Assembly: GCA_934479825.1 (NCBI GenBank)
Contig: CAKSOW010000001.1
Coordinates: 132,008-196,007, forward strand
Direction: 5' to 3'
Origin: an uncultured Eubacteriales bacterium
Lineage (GTDB): Bacteria > Bacillota > Clostridia > Oscillospirales > CAG-382
Length of the DNA: 64,000 bases
In this document: positions 35,504-45,689 of the stretch, piece by piece
Numbering within the stretch: position 1 is the stretch's first letter
Layout: each line of letters opens with the position of its first letter
Notes under the pieces: generated by a model
What the model was told of the DNA's origin: nothing
Seen by the model: the letters and a program-made list of their open reading frames with translations, nothing else
The model's database searches: none
Position numbers and translations under genes: made by a program

Positions 35504-36253
35504 TTGCACAGCTTAACGCAAACAGCCAAAATTGTTCTCTTTTCTGCCTTGACAGCTCTTGTTGTTTTTGTACTTTCCCTTTGGAATCCTTTTCTTCGGA
35601 ATCCGCTTGTGGATGCCGATTCCCGGCAGTCGTTAACGGATTCCGAACGCCGCGCCATTCACCTGGTGCTTGACGCAGGACACGGTGGGGAAGACGGCGG
35701 TGCAAACGCCAACGGAGTCCGCGAAAAAGACATCAATCTTGCCATAACGCAGGATTTAGCGGCTTTTTTCCGTTTTTCGCCGTATCCGGTCGATCCCACT
35801 CGTACCGATGACCGGCTTTTATACGGCCCGGGTGAAGAAAATCGCAAAAAATACTATGATTTAGTCGGGCGTATCCGGTTCGCCTCTCAGTTTGATCATG
35901 CCGTTTTTATCAGCATTCATCAAAATAAATTTGAAATTCCGAAATATAAAGGCTTACAGGTCTATTACTCAAAAAACGATCCGAAGAGCATGAAGCTTGC
36001 CGAGCGCATTCAAAAGGATGCGAAAGCCTTTTTGGATACAGAAAATAACCGCGAGATAAAAAAAGCGGATCACCGTATCCGTGTGCTGAATTCCCTTGAA
36101 ATACCGGCCGTACTTGTCGAATGCGGCTTTTTGTCCAATTCCGACGAAGCAAAGCATTTGGCAAGCCGTGATTATCAGAAGAAAATCGCTTTCAGCGTTT
36201 TCATAGCAACTTTGGAATTTTTGGAAAACGATATGAAAGACGATCTGACATAA
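35504..36253 (+). CDS. cwlD: Germination-specific N-acetylmuramoyl-L-alanine amidase (CwlD-like, Amidase_3)
   Basis: N-terminal TM anchor, LDAGHGGEDGGA, ISIHQN, PAVLVECGFLSN. TTG start is uncertain. Confidence 0.8.
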   Translation: MHSLTQTAKIVLFSALTALVVFVLSLWNPFLRNPLVDADSRQSLTDSERRAIHLVLDAGHGGEDGGANANGVREKDINLAITQDLAAFFRFSPYPVDPTRTDDRLLYGPGEENRKKYYDLVGRIRFASQFDHAVFISIHQNKFEIPKYKGLQVYYSKNDPKSMKLAERIQKDAKAFLDTENNREIKKADHRIRVLNSLEIPAVLVECGFLSNSDEAKHLASRDYQKKIAFSVFIATLEFLENDMKDDLT

Positions 36254-36312
36254 AAGCGTGTCAAAAGTATTTCGTGACACGCATAAAAATCAATCTGTGG
36301 AGAATCTCTGTC

Positions 36313-37716
36313 ATGAAGTCAAAAACACAGTATGTATGCTCCGAATGCGGAGCGGTAAGCGCCAAATGGTTCGGAAAATGTCCCTCCTGCGGCGAATGGA
36401 ATACCTTGGAGGAAAGCGAAGCGATTACGGTACAAAACGCCGCATCCTCTTTCGGCAAAAAAGTTTACACACCGCCGACGCGCGAAAAAGCGCTGTCTTT
36501 CCCAATCAACAGCATCGATATCCGTGAAGAACCGCGTTCGCAAACCGGAATCGGCGAATTCGACCGCGTTCTCGGCGGCGGTATCGTCAAAGGCTCGGTA
36601 ACACTCTTGTCCGGCGAGCCCGGTATTGGAAAATCAACGCTTCTTTTGCAGATCTGCGGTGTTTTAAGCAATAAGTACCGCCTATTATATGTATCAGGCG
36701 AGGAATCGCCCTCCCAGATCAAATTACGTGCCAAAAGACTTGGAATTTCCAACGAAAATATCTTATTATATACCGAAACAGACATCAACGAAATCTTAGC
36801 GGAAATCGGCGCAACCAATCCGGATATGGTTATTATCGATTCAATACAGACCATGACGGATATCAATTCCACTACGGTTGCCGGCAGTATCACACAGGTT
36901 AAAAATACCGCCACCAAGCTCATCCGAACCGCTAAGACCGACGGTGTATCGGTCATAATCGTGGGACACGTCAACAAAGACGGCGCTATCGCAGGCCCCA
37001 AGGTTTTAGAGCACATGGTCGATACCGTTTTATATTTTGACGGAGACAAGCAGTATTCCTATCGCATGCTGCGCGCAGTCAAAAACCGTTTCGGCTCGAC
37101 CAATGAAATCGGCATTTTTGAAATGGAAGCAGAAGGACTCTGCGAAGTGGAAAATCCCTCGGAATACCTGCTGTCGCAGCGTCCGCTCGGCGTTTCCGGC
37201 AACTGCACCATGTGCGCCATGGAGGGTACCCGGCCTTTGCTTGCCGAAATACAGGCGCTTGTCACGCCGACCGTTTACCCGGCGCCGCGCCGCACTTCGA
37301 CCGGCTTTGATTATACGCGCTTAAATCTGCTTTCTGCTGTACTTGAAAAACGCATGGGACTGCGATTAGGAACAACGGATATCTATATGAACGTCGTCGG
37401 AGGCTTACGCGTGGACGATCCGTCCGCCGATCTGCCTGCCTGTATGGCGCTTATTTCCGGCTGTAAGGATATTCCGCTAAACGATAAATTGGTTGCCATG
37501 GGGGAGATAGGCCTTGCCGGTGAATGCCGTGCAATCGCCGGTATTGAACACCGCGTGCGCGAATGCATAAGATTAGGCTTTGAAACGGTGGTTATTCCAT
37601 ACCGGAATTATGAAAAGTCACAAACACAACTTGAAAAGATTGCTGGTAAAACAAAAATCGTGGCGGTCAAGAGCTTGTATGATACGCTGAAACTGTTCGG
37701 AGAAAAACGCGCATGA
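36313..37716 (+). CDS. radA: DNA repair protein RadA
   Basis: Start MKSKTQYVCSECGAVSAKWFGKCPSCGEWNTL (zinc finger). Walker A GEPGIGKST. KNRFG motif. Lon-like C-terminal domain. Confidence 0.95.
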   Translation: MKSKTQYVCSECGAVSAKWFGKCPSCGEWNTLEESEAITVQNAASSFGKKVYTPPTREKALSFPINSIDIREEPRSQTGIGEFDRVLGGGIVKGSVTLLSGEPGIGKSTLLLQICGVLSNKYRLLYVSGEESPSQIKLRAKRLGISNENILLYTETDINEILAEIGATNPDMVIIDSIQTMTDINSTTVAGSITQVKNTATKLIRTAKTDGVSVIIVGHVNKDGAIAGPKVLEHMVDTVLYFDGDKQYSYRMLRAVKNRFGSTNEIGIFEMEAEGLCEVENPSEYLLSQRPLGVSGNCTMCAMEGTRPLLAEIQALVTPTVYPAPRRTSTGFDYTRLNLLSAVLEKRMGLRLGTTDIYMNVVGGLRVDDPSADLPACMALISGCKDIPLNDKLVAMGEIGLAGECRAIAGIEHRVRECIRLGFETVVIPYRNYEKSQTQLEKIAGKTKIVAVKSLYDTLKLFGEKRA

Positions 37717-38480
37717 ACATATCGAACAACCTTTTAAAATATGCAGTGGTTGACGAGCGTATGTCAGAAACCTGCAAACGCTCCTTGCGCCGCTATTATA
37801 AGCTGTTACAGTTGCCGTGTAACCGGTATTTTGATAAACCGATCAGCGCACATCCGGATTTGTTTCTTTTTCCGTATCACGAGGGATTTCTTATCGAACA
37901 GCGTGCTTCACAAATTCTCGCTTCCCTTGACGATAAACAAATGTTCTATTTTACAAATCCCATACCGCCGGAATCGGTGGTCCGGATTCGTGGGAGTAAG
38001 AAGGGCGTTGTGTATCCGAATGACTGTGCTTTGAATTTTGCAATGTGCGGAAATCATATCATCGGAAACCGGCAGGCGATACATCCGCGTATTGCAGGTC
38101 TTATATTAAAATATCATTGGAATTTTATCCCGATCAACCAAGGCTATGCAAAATGCAATGTCTGTACGGTTTCGGATAACGCCTTGATCACCGAGGACGA
38201 AGGTATTGCAAAAGCCTGTAAATCAAACAGAATCGACGTGCTGCTGTTAAAGAAAAAAGTTGTACAGCTGCCTGGTTATGATTACGGATTTATCGGCGGT
38301 GCAAGTTCGGCACCGTTCCATGCAGCAGACGGCACAAAACTGTTTTTCTGCGGATGTATTGAAGAACATCCGGAATTTGAAAAAATCCGTCGCTTTTGCC
38401 GCCAATATGATGTTCTGCCGGTATCGCTCTCAAATGAACCCTTGACCGACTATGGGAGCATTTTGCCGTTGATACGGTAG
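37713..38480 (+). CDS. Conserved hypothetical protein, translationally coupled to radA
   Basis: ATGA overlap with the radA stop. 255-aa ORF with globular composition. Family not recognised with confidence. Confidence 0.6.
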   Translation: MNISNNLLKYAVVDERMSETCKRSLRRYYKLLQLPCNRYFDKPISAHPDLFLFPYHEGFLIEQRASQILASLDDKQMFYFTNPIPPESVVRIRGSKKGVVYPNDCALNFAMCGNHIIGNRQAIHPRIAGLILKYHWNFIPINQGYAKCNVCTVSDNALITEDEGIAKACKSNRIDVLLLKKKVVQLPGYDYGFIGGASSAPFHAADGTKLFFCGCIEEHPEFEKIRRFCRQYDVLPVSLSNEPLTDYGSILPLIR

Positions 38481-38623
38481 AGAATACAACCTATTGAACA
38501 GATATATGTAATTATATAAAATAATAATTTTATATAATTCGGGAGAGGCCTGCTTAGAATTGACTGCCCAATATTTATACAGATATACAGAAGCTGAAAC
38601 CAAAGCAAAAAGAGGAATTTTAA

Positions 38624-39346
38624 ATGACATCATTTCAGACACGCATTGAAAGCTACGAAGTTCAGCCGAATGACAATGTTCGGCCATCCACCTTATTTCA
38701 TTTATTTCAGAAAGCCGCCGGCGACGATTTGGATGCAGCCGGCATGACTTACAACTATTTGCGCCAGCATGGAATCGTTTTCGTTGTAACCAAGTTCACA
38801 CTCGAATATTTTGATAACATTCATTCCTATGACAATGTGACCATTTCAACTTTTCCGCGCGGTTGCAGAGGCGTTTCTTTTATCCGTGATTTTGATGTTA
38901 CCATAAACGGAAAACGTGCCGCGTATGCATGCTCCTCTTGGGTTTTATTAGACATTCATAACCGCACGTTATTGCGCCCCAACGCACTCGATTCCCTTGG
39001 TACAATTACCCCCGATCTTTCGGATATGCTTGAATTGGAGGATCGAAGAATCAAATTCCGCGCTGACGAGATGTGCAAAACAGATGTTCGAGAAGTATAC
39101 TACTCCCAAATTGACCGTAACGGCCACATGAATAACACATTTTACCCGGATATTGTCTATGATTATTTTCCGGATTCGTATAAAAACGATGATATTGGCA
39201 AGAAATTTATTATAAATTATTCGTCTGAAATCATGCGTGGTGAAAAATTCGACATTTATACAGCGCAAAGCGATCGTGAATTCACTTTTCTTGCAAAAAA
39301 TCCGCAAACCGGCAAAGATATTTTTTCTGCGCTTATTGATTTTTAA
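38624..39346 (+). CDS. Acyl-ACP thioesterase
   Basis: AGAGGA RBS. YEVQPNDNVRPSTLFHLFQKAAGDDL...GIVFVVTKFTLEY and IDRNGHMNNTFY are typical of the double hot-dog Acyl-ACP_TE family. Confidence 0.8.
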   Translation: MTSFQTRIESYEVQPNDNVRPSTLFHLFQKAAGDDLDAAGMTYNYLRQHGIVFVVTKFTLEYFDNIHSYDNVTISTFPRGCRGVSFIRDFDVTINGKRAAYACSSWVLLDIHNRTLLRPNALDSLGTITPDLSDMLELEDRRIKFRADEMCKTDVREVYYSQIDRNGHMNNTFYPDIVYDYFPDSYKNDDIGKKFIINYSSEIMRGEKFDIYTAQSDREFTFLAKNPQTGKDIFSALIDF

Positions 39347-39451
39347 GAAAAAATACTGTATAATAATGACAGGAATCGGAATAACACTTATTTTTCGATC
39401 AAATTCCATTTCAACCACTACAATTCAATAATTCAATATGGAGGTATTTTC

Positions 39452-40066
39452 ATGATCAACTCGGTAATTACTATCAGTCGTCAATATGGCAGTGGCGGCA
39501 GATTCGTCGCGAGAAAACTTGCAGAAAAGCTTGGTATCCCCTTTTACGACAATGAAATTATCACCATGGCTGCCAAAGAAAGCGGCTATGCGGAAAATCT
39601 GTTTGAAAAAGCGGAACAGGTATCCACACACAGCCTTTTATATTCGTTATCCATGTTCGGAACAGCAGCCGGCGTTTACGGTTTACCGCTGTCGGATAAG
39701 GTCTTTTTAATCCAATCGGATATCATCAAGGAATGTGCCGCAAAAGGTCCGTGCGTCATTGTCGGACGCTGCTCGGACTATGTCTTAAAGGAACAGAACA
39801 ATTTAATCAACTTTTTCTTATATTCCGATATTGAATCACGCGTCAAACGCGTCCAAAAGTATTATGACAACGATGCCAAAGACATCCGTGCCGATATCGA
39901 ACGCCGCGACAAAAAGCGTGCGACCTATTATAACTACTATACCACCCAACGCTGGGGCGATATTGAAAACTATCATCTTTCGATTCATACCGATGCGGTT
40001 GGTATCGACAGTTGTGTTGACATTCTGGAAGCATTTGTCAAGGCGCACGAGCGCGAGGCATTATAA
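39452..40066 (+). CDS. Cytidylate kinase-like family P-loop protein
   Basis: ITISRQYGSGGRFVARKLAEKLGIPFYDNEII, the signature N-terminus of the cytidylate-kinase-like (AAA_28/CMK-like) family. Confidence 0.8.
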   Translation: MINSVITISRQYGSGGRFVARKLAEKLGIPFYDNEIITMAAKESGYAENLFEKAEQVSTHSLLYSLSMFGTAAGVYGLPLSDKVFLIQSDIIKECAAKGPCVIVGRCSDYVLKEQNNLINFFLYSDIESRVKRVQKYYDNDAKDIRADIERRDKKRATYYNYYTTQRWGDIENYHLSIHTDAVGIDSCVDILEAFVKAHEREAL

Positions 40067-40099
40067 GTCTGATTATCCAAAAATAATGAGGATCAGACA

Positions 40100-40645
40100 A
40101 TGACAGAAAAGCAGAAAAAGTTCATACAAGACCGGATTCATGAACGAAAAATGATTTGTGTCACACGAGGGACGATTGATCCGGAAAGCCGCTATACCGG
40201 TTTTCCGGTGTGGCTGTCTGATTCGCTTTTACTCATGACCAACATATACGATTTTCATGATGAGGGCTATATCCTGCTTCAAACTGCGGACCTTACAGAG
40301 GCTACTGCCAAAGATTCCGATTTTTATGAGCAAATCTGCATACGGGAAGGCTTAGGCGAAAAAGTATCGCTGTGCCCAATCAAAAAGGTCGGTTCTTATT
40401 CGGAGGCTTTGCGCCAATTCACGAATTATCCGGGATATATTTCCATTCATTGTGAAAACGAACAAGATATGCCGCAGTATTTTTTGGGACGTATCGATTC
40501 TTTGGAAGAAACCGGCGTAAAATTTGCTTCGCTCGGTTGCGATGGCGAATGGGATACGGCGCCGGAGTTTATTCTGTATGATAAAATTACAATGCTTGCA
40601 TGGGATGATTACTATGCGAAAATGTTTTATCATTACTGCAAATAA
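40100..40645 (+). CDS. Hypothetical cytoplasmic protein
   Basis: GAGGA RBS and a 181-aa ORF with no recognised motifs. Confidence 0.55.
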   Translation: MTEKQKKFIQDRIHERKMICVTRGTIDPESRYTGFPVWLSDSLLLMTNIYDFHDEGYILLQTADLTEATAKDSDFYEQICIREGLGEKVSLCPIKKVGSYSEALRQFTNYPGYISIHCENEQDMPQYFLGRIDSLEETGVKFASLGCDGEWDTAPEFILYDKITMLAWDDYYAKMFYHYCK

Positions 40646-40735
40646 TGGCCGGATTTTCAGAATGCCTGAAAAGAAGCCCTATAAGTTTGCGCTTGCAATC
40701 GATATCGAAAAGCCTTATCAGTTTAGGAATCAACG

Positions 40736-40777
40736 AAAAAAGCTCTTGAAATCAAATGTGATTTCAAGAGCTTTTTC
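40736..40777. terminator. Bidirectional intrinsic terminator
   Basis: AAAAA-AGCTCTTGAAATCA-AATG-TGATTTCAAGAGCT-TTTTC, a perfect 14-bp stem between convergent genes. Confidence 0.8.
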
Positions 40778-43411
40778 TTATCGTTTGACTCGTTTAAACC
40801 ATCGCTGCAAAGCCTTAGACACTTCCATTACCCCAAACGGCATAAGTATCAGAAAGACACCGAGCAGATACAATTGAGGCGGCAGAACAACAAGACCAAA
40901 CAGTGTGCGCAAGTGTGTGAACAGCACCATAGCAACCAATAAAACCGACGTGAGCGCCGCGCCGTTCAGCTTTTTGTTGGAAAAGATACCGATGTGGAAC
41001 AAAGATCGTTCCGAACGCATATTATATGCCTGCACGATCTGGGACAGCGAAAGTATCATAAACGCAAGCGTCTGTCCGCCCTCCAAGCCAACACTTTTTT
41101 CGGCGATAAAAAAGCCGAGCAAAGTCAGAAAACCGAACATGATTCCCTGGATGACGACGCGAAAGCCGAGTCCATGCGCAAAGATTCCTTCCCCACGTGG
41201 TTTGGGCGGCATTTCCATGACTTCTTTTTCCACCATTTCCATGCCGAGCGCCACAGCCGGCATACCGTCAGTAACAAGATTGATCCACAAAAGCTGCATA
41301 GAGACTAACGGCATTTTGTGCCATAAGATCATGGCTGCAAAAACGGTTATGACCTCGCCGATATTGGTGCCGAGAAGAAAGGCAACCACTTTCCGGATAT
41401 TGGCGTAAATCCCCCGCCCTTCCCGTACGGCTTCGACGACTGTTGCAAAATTATCATCGGTGAACACCATATCCGACGCACCTTTGGCAACATCCGTCCC
41501 GGTCTTTCCCATAGCACATCCGATATCGGCCGCCCCCAAAGCCGGTGCATCGTTGACGCCGTCTCCGGTCATAGCGACGACTTCACCGCGTGCTTGCCAA
41601 GCCTTGACAATGCGCAGTTTATCGCCCGGCGAAACACGCGCGTAAACACTGGTATTTTCCGCAGATTCCATAAGTTCTGCATCGTCCATTCGGTCAAGCT
41701 CCGCGCCGGTAACAGCCTTTTCACCGTCTGACAAAATACCGGTCGCCTTAGCCACGGCAACAGCGGTTGCTAAATGATCTCCGGTGATGAGGACCGGTCG
41801 GATACCGGCTTTTTTACAAAGAGCAACTGCCTCTGCCGCTTCTTTTCGCGGAGGATCGATCATACCGACAAGACCGACAAAAATTAGATCCTTTTCGATA
41901 TTCTCCATGTTTTCCGTCGGATTTTTGGGCAAAAACGGTAGTTCTCTGTATCCGACAGCCAAAACGCGAAGTGCCTGTTCTCCCATATTTTCCGCCGCTT
42001 TTTTGGCCGCAGGAATATCGCCCGACCGAAACAGCGTTGCCATACCGTCCAACGCGCCTTTGACGATTACGAAAATCTTTCCGTCGATACGGCAAATAAC
42101 CGTCATACGCTTTCGGTTGGAATCAAAGGGAATTTCTGCAAGCCGCACACACGATTCGGAGTTCATGTTTTTTGTCAGACCGCTTTTTTCTGCGGCCGAT
42201 AAAATGGCTGTCTCGGTCGGGTCGCCAATCTGTTTTTCCCCGTCTTTTCCGTGCAAGATCGTTCCGTTACAGCAAAGCGCGGCGTAAAACAGAAGCTTCC
42301 GGCCGGACGCTGTTAAAAAACTATTTTGTGTATCGAAAGGCACGGTTTTCTTTTCTGCTTCGGTATACAGTGCGCTTAAAGTCATCCGGTTCTGGGTGAG
42401 TGTTCCGGTTTTATCGGTACAGATAACCGACGCACTGCCCAAGGTTTCAACGGCCGGAAGACGTCGGATCAAGGCATTTCGCTTTGCCATGCGTTCCACG
42501 CCCATAGCAAGTACAATGGTGACAATTGCCGGAAGTCCCTCCGGAATTGCGGAAACGGCAAGAGAGACCGATGTCATGAAAATTTCAAGCACCGGTATAC
42601 CGCTCGCAACGCCGACACCGAAGATGACCAAGCACGCGGCCACTGCCATAATCCCCAAATAAGTGCCTAATCGGGAAAGCTTGATTTGCAAAGGTGTCAT
42701 ATCGGCTTTGGATAGATCAAGAAGCCCTGCGATCTTTCCCATTTCCGTATCCATGCCGGTAGAAGTGACAACCGCTGTTGCCGTGCCGGCGCTGACACTG
42801 CAACCGGAAAAAATCATGTTGCATCTGTCCCCGACCGGCGCGTTTTCGCTAAGTACGGCCGCGGCGTTTTTTTCGGCCGGTACCGATTCTCCGGTCAATG
42901 CCGATTCGTCGCATTTCAACCCGGAGCATTGCAAAAGCCGCGCGTCAGCCGGAACGATGTCGCCGCTCTCCAAGCACAGAATATCCCCCGGAACGATACT
43001 GCGTGCATCGATTCGCTTTTCTTCTCCGTCACGGATAACGCGCGTGAAAGGAGCGGAAAGCTCGTTTAGCGCTTCAAGTGCTTTCTCGGCTTTATTTTCC
43101 TGTAATACACCGATAATGGCATTGACTACAACGATGACGAGAATTAAAACCGGTTCAAAGAAATCAGCCTTATCGCCGCCCGTAAACGCAAGCATGAATG
43201 ATACGGCGGCCGCCGCAAGCAAAATGAGTATCATAACATCAGCAAACTGCTCAAAAAAACGGCGAATACTGTTCTTTTTCTTTTTTTCTTTCAGGCGGTT
43301 TTCTCCGTATTGTCCGATCCGCCCGATAACAGCGTCGGACGAAAGTCCCTTTTTTTCATCCGTTTCCAAGTATTTTAGCACTGCTGTACTTTTTGCCGCA
43401 AAAAATAGCAA
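40778..43411 (-). CDS. Cation-transporting P-type ATPase (Ca2+ type, P2A/P2B-like)
   Basis: CTDKTGTLTQN phosphorylation site, TGES, MTGDGVNDAPALGAADIG, ten predicted TM segments. Confidence 0.95.
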   Translation of the reverse strand: MLFFAAKSTAVLKYLETDEKKGLSSDAVIGRIGQYGENRLKEKKKKNSIRRFFEQFADVMILILLAAAAVSFMLAFTGGDKADFFEPVLILVIVVVNAIIGVLQENKAEKALEALNELSAPFTRVIRDGEEKRIDARSIVPGDILCLESGDIVPADARLLQCSGLKCDESALTGESVPAEKNAAAVLSENAPVGDRCNMIFSGCSVSAGTATAVVTSTGMDTEMGKIAGLLDLSKADMTPLQIKLSRLGTYLGIMAVAACLVIFGVGVASGIPVLEIFMTSVSLAVSAIPEGLPAIVTIVLAMGVERMAKRNALIRRLPAVETLGSASVICTDKTGTLTQNRMTLSALYTEAEKKTVPFDTQNSFLTASGRKLLFYAALCCNGTILHGKDGEKQIGDPTETAILSAAEKSGLTKNMNSESCVRLAEIPFDSNRKRMTVICRIDGKIFVIVKGALDGMATLFRSGDIPAAKKAAENMGEQALRVLAVGYRELPFLPKNPTENMENIEKDLIFVGLVGMIDPPRKEAAEAVALCKKAGIRPVLITGDHLATAVAVAKATGILSDGEKAVTGAELDRMDDAELMESAENTSVYARVSPGDKLRIVKAWQARGEVVAMTGDGVNDAPALGAADIGCAMGKTGTDVAKGASDMVFTDDNFATVVEAVREGRGIYANIRKVVAFLLGTNIGEVITVFAAMILWHKMPLVSMQLLWINLVTDGMPAVALGMEMVEKEVMEMPPKPRGEGIFAHGLGFRVVIQGIMFGFLTLLGFFIAEKSVGLEGGQTLAFMILSLSQIVQAYNMRSERSLFHIGIFSNKKLNGAALTSVLLVAMVLFTHLRTLFGLVVLPPQLYLLGVFLILMPFGVMEVSKALQRWFKRVKR

Positions 43412-43477
43412 ACCGATTCCTCCTTATGCCCTTGCATATAGAACTTTTCTTCTTAATTTTATGTGGCTCAAAGTGTG

Positions 43478-43514
43478 AAATATGAATAAACGCCTGCACG
43501 ATTTATTGCAGGCG
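43478..43514 (-). terminator. Intrinsic terminator downstream of the amidase gene
   Basis: CGCCTGCA-CGATTTAT-TGCAGGCG, followed on the minus strand by TTTATTCATATTT. Confidence 0.55.
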
Positions 43515-43545
43515 CACTCGTTTTTCTTAATTTTCATTATAAGCG

Positions 43546-43630
43546 GACGCGCGGCGGTTTTGAGTATTCAAACCGCCTTGCGTCAAAAAATTAAATTCTT
43601 TTGCCGGGCTTTTCTTCTAAGAAAAGCCGC
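43546..43630. repeat. Monomeric copy (D) of the palindromic repeat module
   Basis: H1 GACGCGCGGCGGTTTTGAGTATTCAAACCGCCTTGCGTC (43546..43584), spacer AAAAAATTAAATTCTTTTGCC, H2 GGCTTTTCTTCTAAGAAAAGCC (43607..43628), tail GCATTCCC. Confidence 0.85.
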
Positions 43631-43646
43631 ATTCCCTTACTACGTT

Positions 43647-44417
43647 TTAAAAACCTCTGTCCGTTGCTACATACTCCGAATAGGCAAATCCGAGCACACC
43701 GTCATAATCGACCACATACCACTCGCCGGACAGACAGTAGACCGTCATGCGCGCTCCTTTGGGCGCTTGCGTGAGAACTTCGCTGTCAAGCGACGGCAAA
43801 CGGCGGATATTCAATCTGTCACGCTCGGTAATAACAGTCGCGTTTGTACTGTCAGAGGACGTGTCGCCGGTCGGCAGATCCACAAAGGGAATTCCGAAAT
43901 AGATTGTCAATCCCTGCACGAGATTCCGTGCAATCGGTCGGATATTGTTTTTGATCCATTCCGCATCGGTCGGATTGTCGTGATAAGCAAGCTCTGCCAA
44001 AACCGCAGGCGCATTGGTTCGGGTGACTTCGGCAAGCGTCGTGGTCGGCATAATGGTCACCTTGGAGGGATCGGGATAGATCTTCCGGTAATTGTCAGCA
44101 AGAACGGTCGCCGCGTTGCGCCCGGCGGAACTGCGCGTATAATAATAGAAATCGGGGCCGGAAAGCTGACCGGCTAAATACTCGGGCGCGGCGTTGGAAT
44201 GAAGCGCCAGATGTAAATCATAAGTACCGGCATTGGATTCACGGATGATCTGCGAAAGAGTATTATTCGGATTGTTGCGCGTAAAAGAAATGCCGGAAGC
44301 GTCCAGATACGGCTCCATAGCGTCGGCAATGAGATTCATATAATATTCTTCACTGCCGGAATTGTCGTAATAGGGATTGTACTCTTGGGCAGAGGGACTT
44401 AAAAAAATCGACGGCAT
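43647..44417 (-). CDS. N-acetylmuramoyl-L-alanine amidase-like cell-wall hydrolase with C-terminal SH3b domain
   Basis: IFLSPSAQEYNPY...DLHLALHSNAAP...AVLAELAYHDN (Amidase_3-like Zn site). C-terminal LNIRRLPSLDSEVLTQAPKGARMTVYCLSGEWYVVDYDGVLGFAYSEYV (SH3). Confidence 0.8.
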   Translation of the reverse strand: MPSIFLSPSAQEYNPYYDNSGSEEYYMNLIADAMEPYLDASGISFTRNNPNNTLSQIIRESNAGTYDLHLALHSNAAPEYLAGQLSGPDFYYYTRSSAGRNAATVLADNYRKIYPDPSKVTIMPTTTLAEVTRTNAPAVLAELAYHDNPTDAEWIKNNIRPIARNLVQGLTIYFGIPFVDLPTGDTSSDSTNATVITERDRLNIRRLPSLDSEVLTQAPKGARMTVYCLSGEWYVVDYDGVLGFAYSEYVATDRGF

Positions 44418-44549
44418 AGCAATATTCCTCCTGAATTGAACAAAAATGTTTCTTTTTTGGTTACAGTTTTATTGTATGCAAAAACCTTTTCTTTGGTGTC
44501 AGGTCATATCGCCAAAAACAGAACCATAAAATGCAATAAAAAAGAAAAG

Positions 44550-45143
44550 ATGGAGTTTGCTATGCTTGGAAAAATATTTGCCGTCTTAACGCTTACCGCC
44601 TTTATCTGCGCCGGAGTAAACGGCAGCATGGAAGAGGTCTGCCGTGCGGCGCTTGACGGTGCAAGTGAGGCAGTGACCTTGTCGATATCGCTTTTGGGGG
44701 TGATGTGTCTGTGGAGCGGCATTATTCGGACGCTTGACAAAGCCGGTTTTACACGTGCGCTGACCAAGCTTATGTCGCCGCTTCTTTCGCTTGTCTATTC
44801 CAAAAAGGCCGGACACAGCGCTGCCATGAATGACATTGCCGCTGATTACAGCGCTAATTTTTTAGGGCTGGGCAATGCGGCACTGCCAATTGGCATTCGT
44901 GCAATGAATGCTTTAAAGAATCTCGGTCTCCCCTCGCCCGACACGGCAAATGACGATATGGTCATGTTTGCCGTAGCCGCCACTGTGCCGTTTCAGCTCA
45001 TTCCGACAACGCTCGGCGCTCTGCGTGCGGCGCACGGTTCGGTTTCTCCGTTTGAAATACTGCTCCCGGTTTGGCTCTGTATGACAGCGACCGTAGTTTT
45101 CAGCGTAATCGTTTGCAAAGCTTTGGCAAAGTTTTTCAAATAG
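44550..45143 (+). CDS. spmA: Spore maturation protein A (nucleoside-recognition-domain membrane protein)
   Basis: MEFAMLGKIFAVLTLTAFICAGVNGSMEEVCRAALDGASEAVTLSISLLGVMCLWSGI matches the SpmA N-terminus. Followed by spmB. Start is 44550 or 44562. Confidence 0.8.
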   Translation: MEFAMLGKIFAVLTLTAFICAGVNGSMEEVCRAALDGASEAVTLSISLLGVMCLWSGIIRTLDKAGFTRALTKLMSPLLSLVYSKKAGHSAAMNDIAADYSANFLGLGNAALPIGIRAMNALKNLGLPSPDTANDDMVMFAVAATVPFQLIPTTLGALRAAHGSVSPFEILLPVWLCMTATVVFSVIVCKALAKFFK

Positions 45144-45167
45144 TTGAAAAAGTAAAAGGAGTTCTTT

Positions 45168-45689
45168 ATGCAAATACTTGGCGTCTATGCTGTTCCAATC
45201 ATCATTACGCTTGCCGGAGCGGCCATGCTGTTTTCCGGAAAAGACCTGTTTTGCGAATTTATCAAAGGAGCCCGTGAGGGACTATCGACTAACTTACGAA
45301 TCTTACCAAGCCTTATTTTACTCATCTGCGCTACGCGCATGTTTGCCGCAAGCGGCGCTTTACAGCTTTTATGCGGCATTTTTGGCACACTTTTGCGACC
45401 GTTTGGCATTCCCGAATCCATGTTGCCGGTCATTTTCATGCGTCCGATATCCGGAAGTGCCGCAACCGCCATGATAAACGAACTGTTTGCCTCCGAGGGG
45501 CCGGACAGCTTTGCCGGTCGTGCGGCATCAGTGCTCATGGGGTCTTCCGACACCATTATCTATACGCTCAGCATGTATTTTGGCGCCTGCGGTATCAAAC
45601 GGACGCGCCATGCCTTGCCGGCCGCTTTTTTGACGCTTGTATTCTGTACGCTTTTTTCGGTCTGGATTACCGGCCTATTCTTCACTTAG
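45168..45689 (+). CDS. spmB: Spore maturation protein B
   Basis: FIKGAREGLSTNLRILPSLILLICATRMFAASGALQLL...FMRPISGSAATAMINELF, the typical SpmB pattern. Confidence 0.85.
   Translation: MQILGVYAVPIIITLAGAAMLFSGKDLFCEFIKGAREGLSTNLRILPSLILLICATRMFAASGALQLLCGIFGTLLRPFGIPESMLPVIFMRPISGSAATAMINELFASEGPDSFAGRAASVLMGSSDTIIYTLSMYFGACGIKRTRHALPAAFLTLVFCTLFSVWITGLFFT

Noticed and set aside
42663-43478. 271-aa plus-strand ORF, and 43482..44177 (231 aa)
   Set aside because: These are antisense shadows of the P-type ATPase and amidase genes respectively, both of which have unambiguous motifs on the minus strand.
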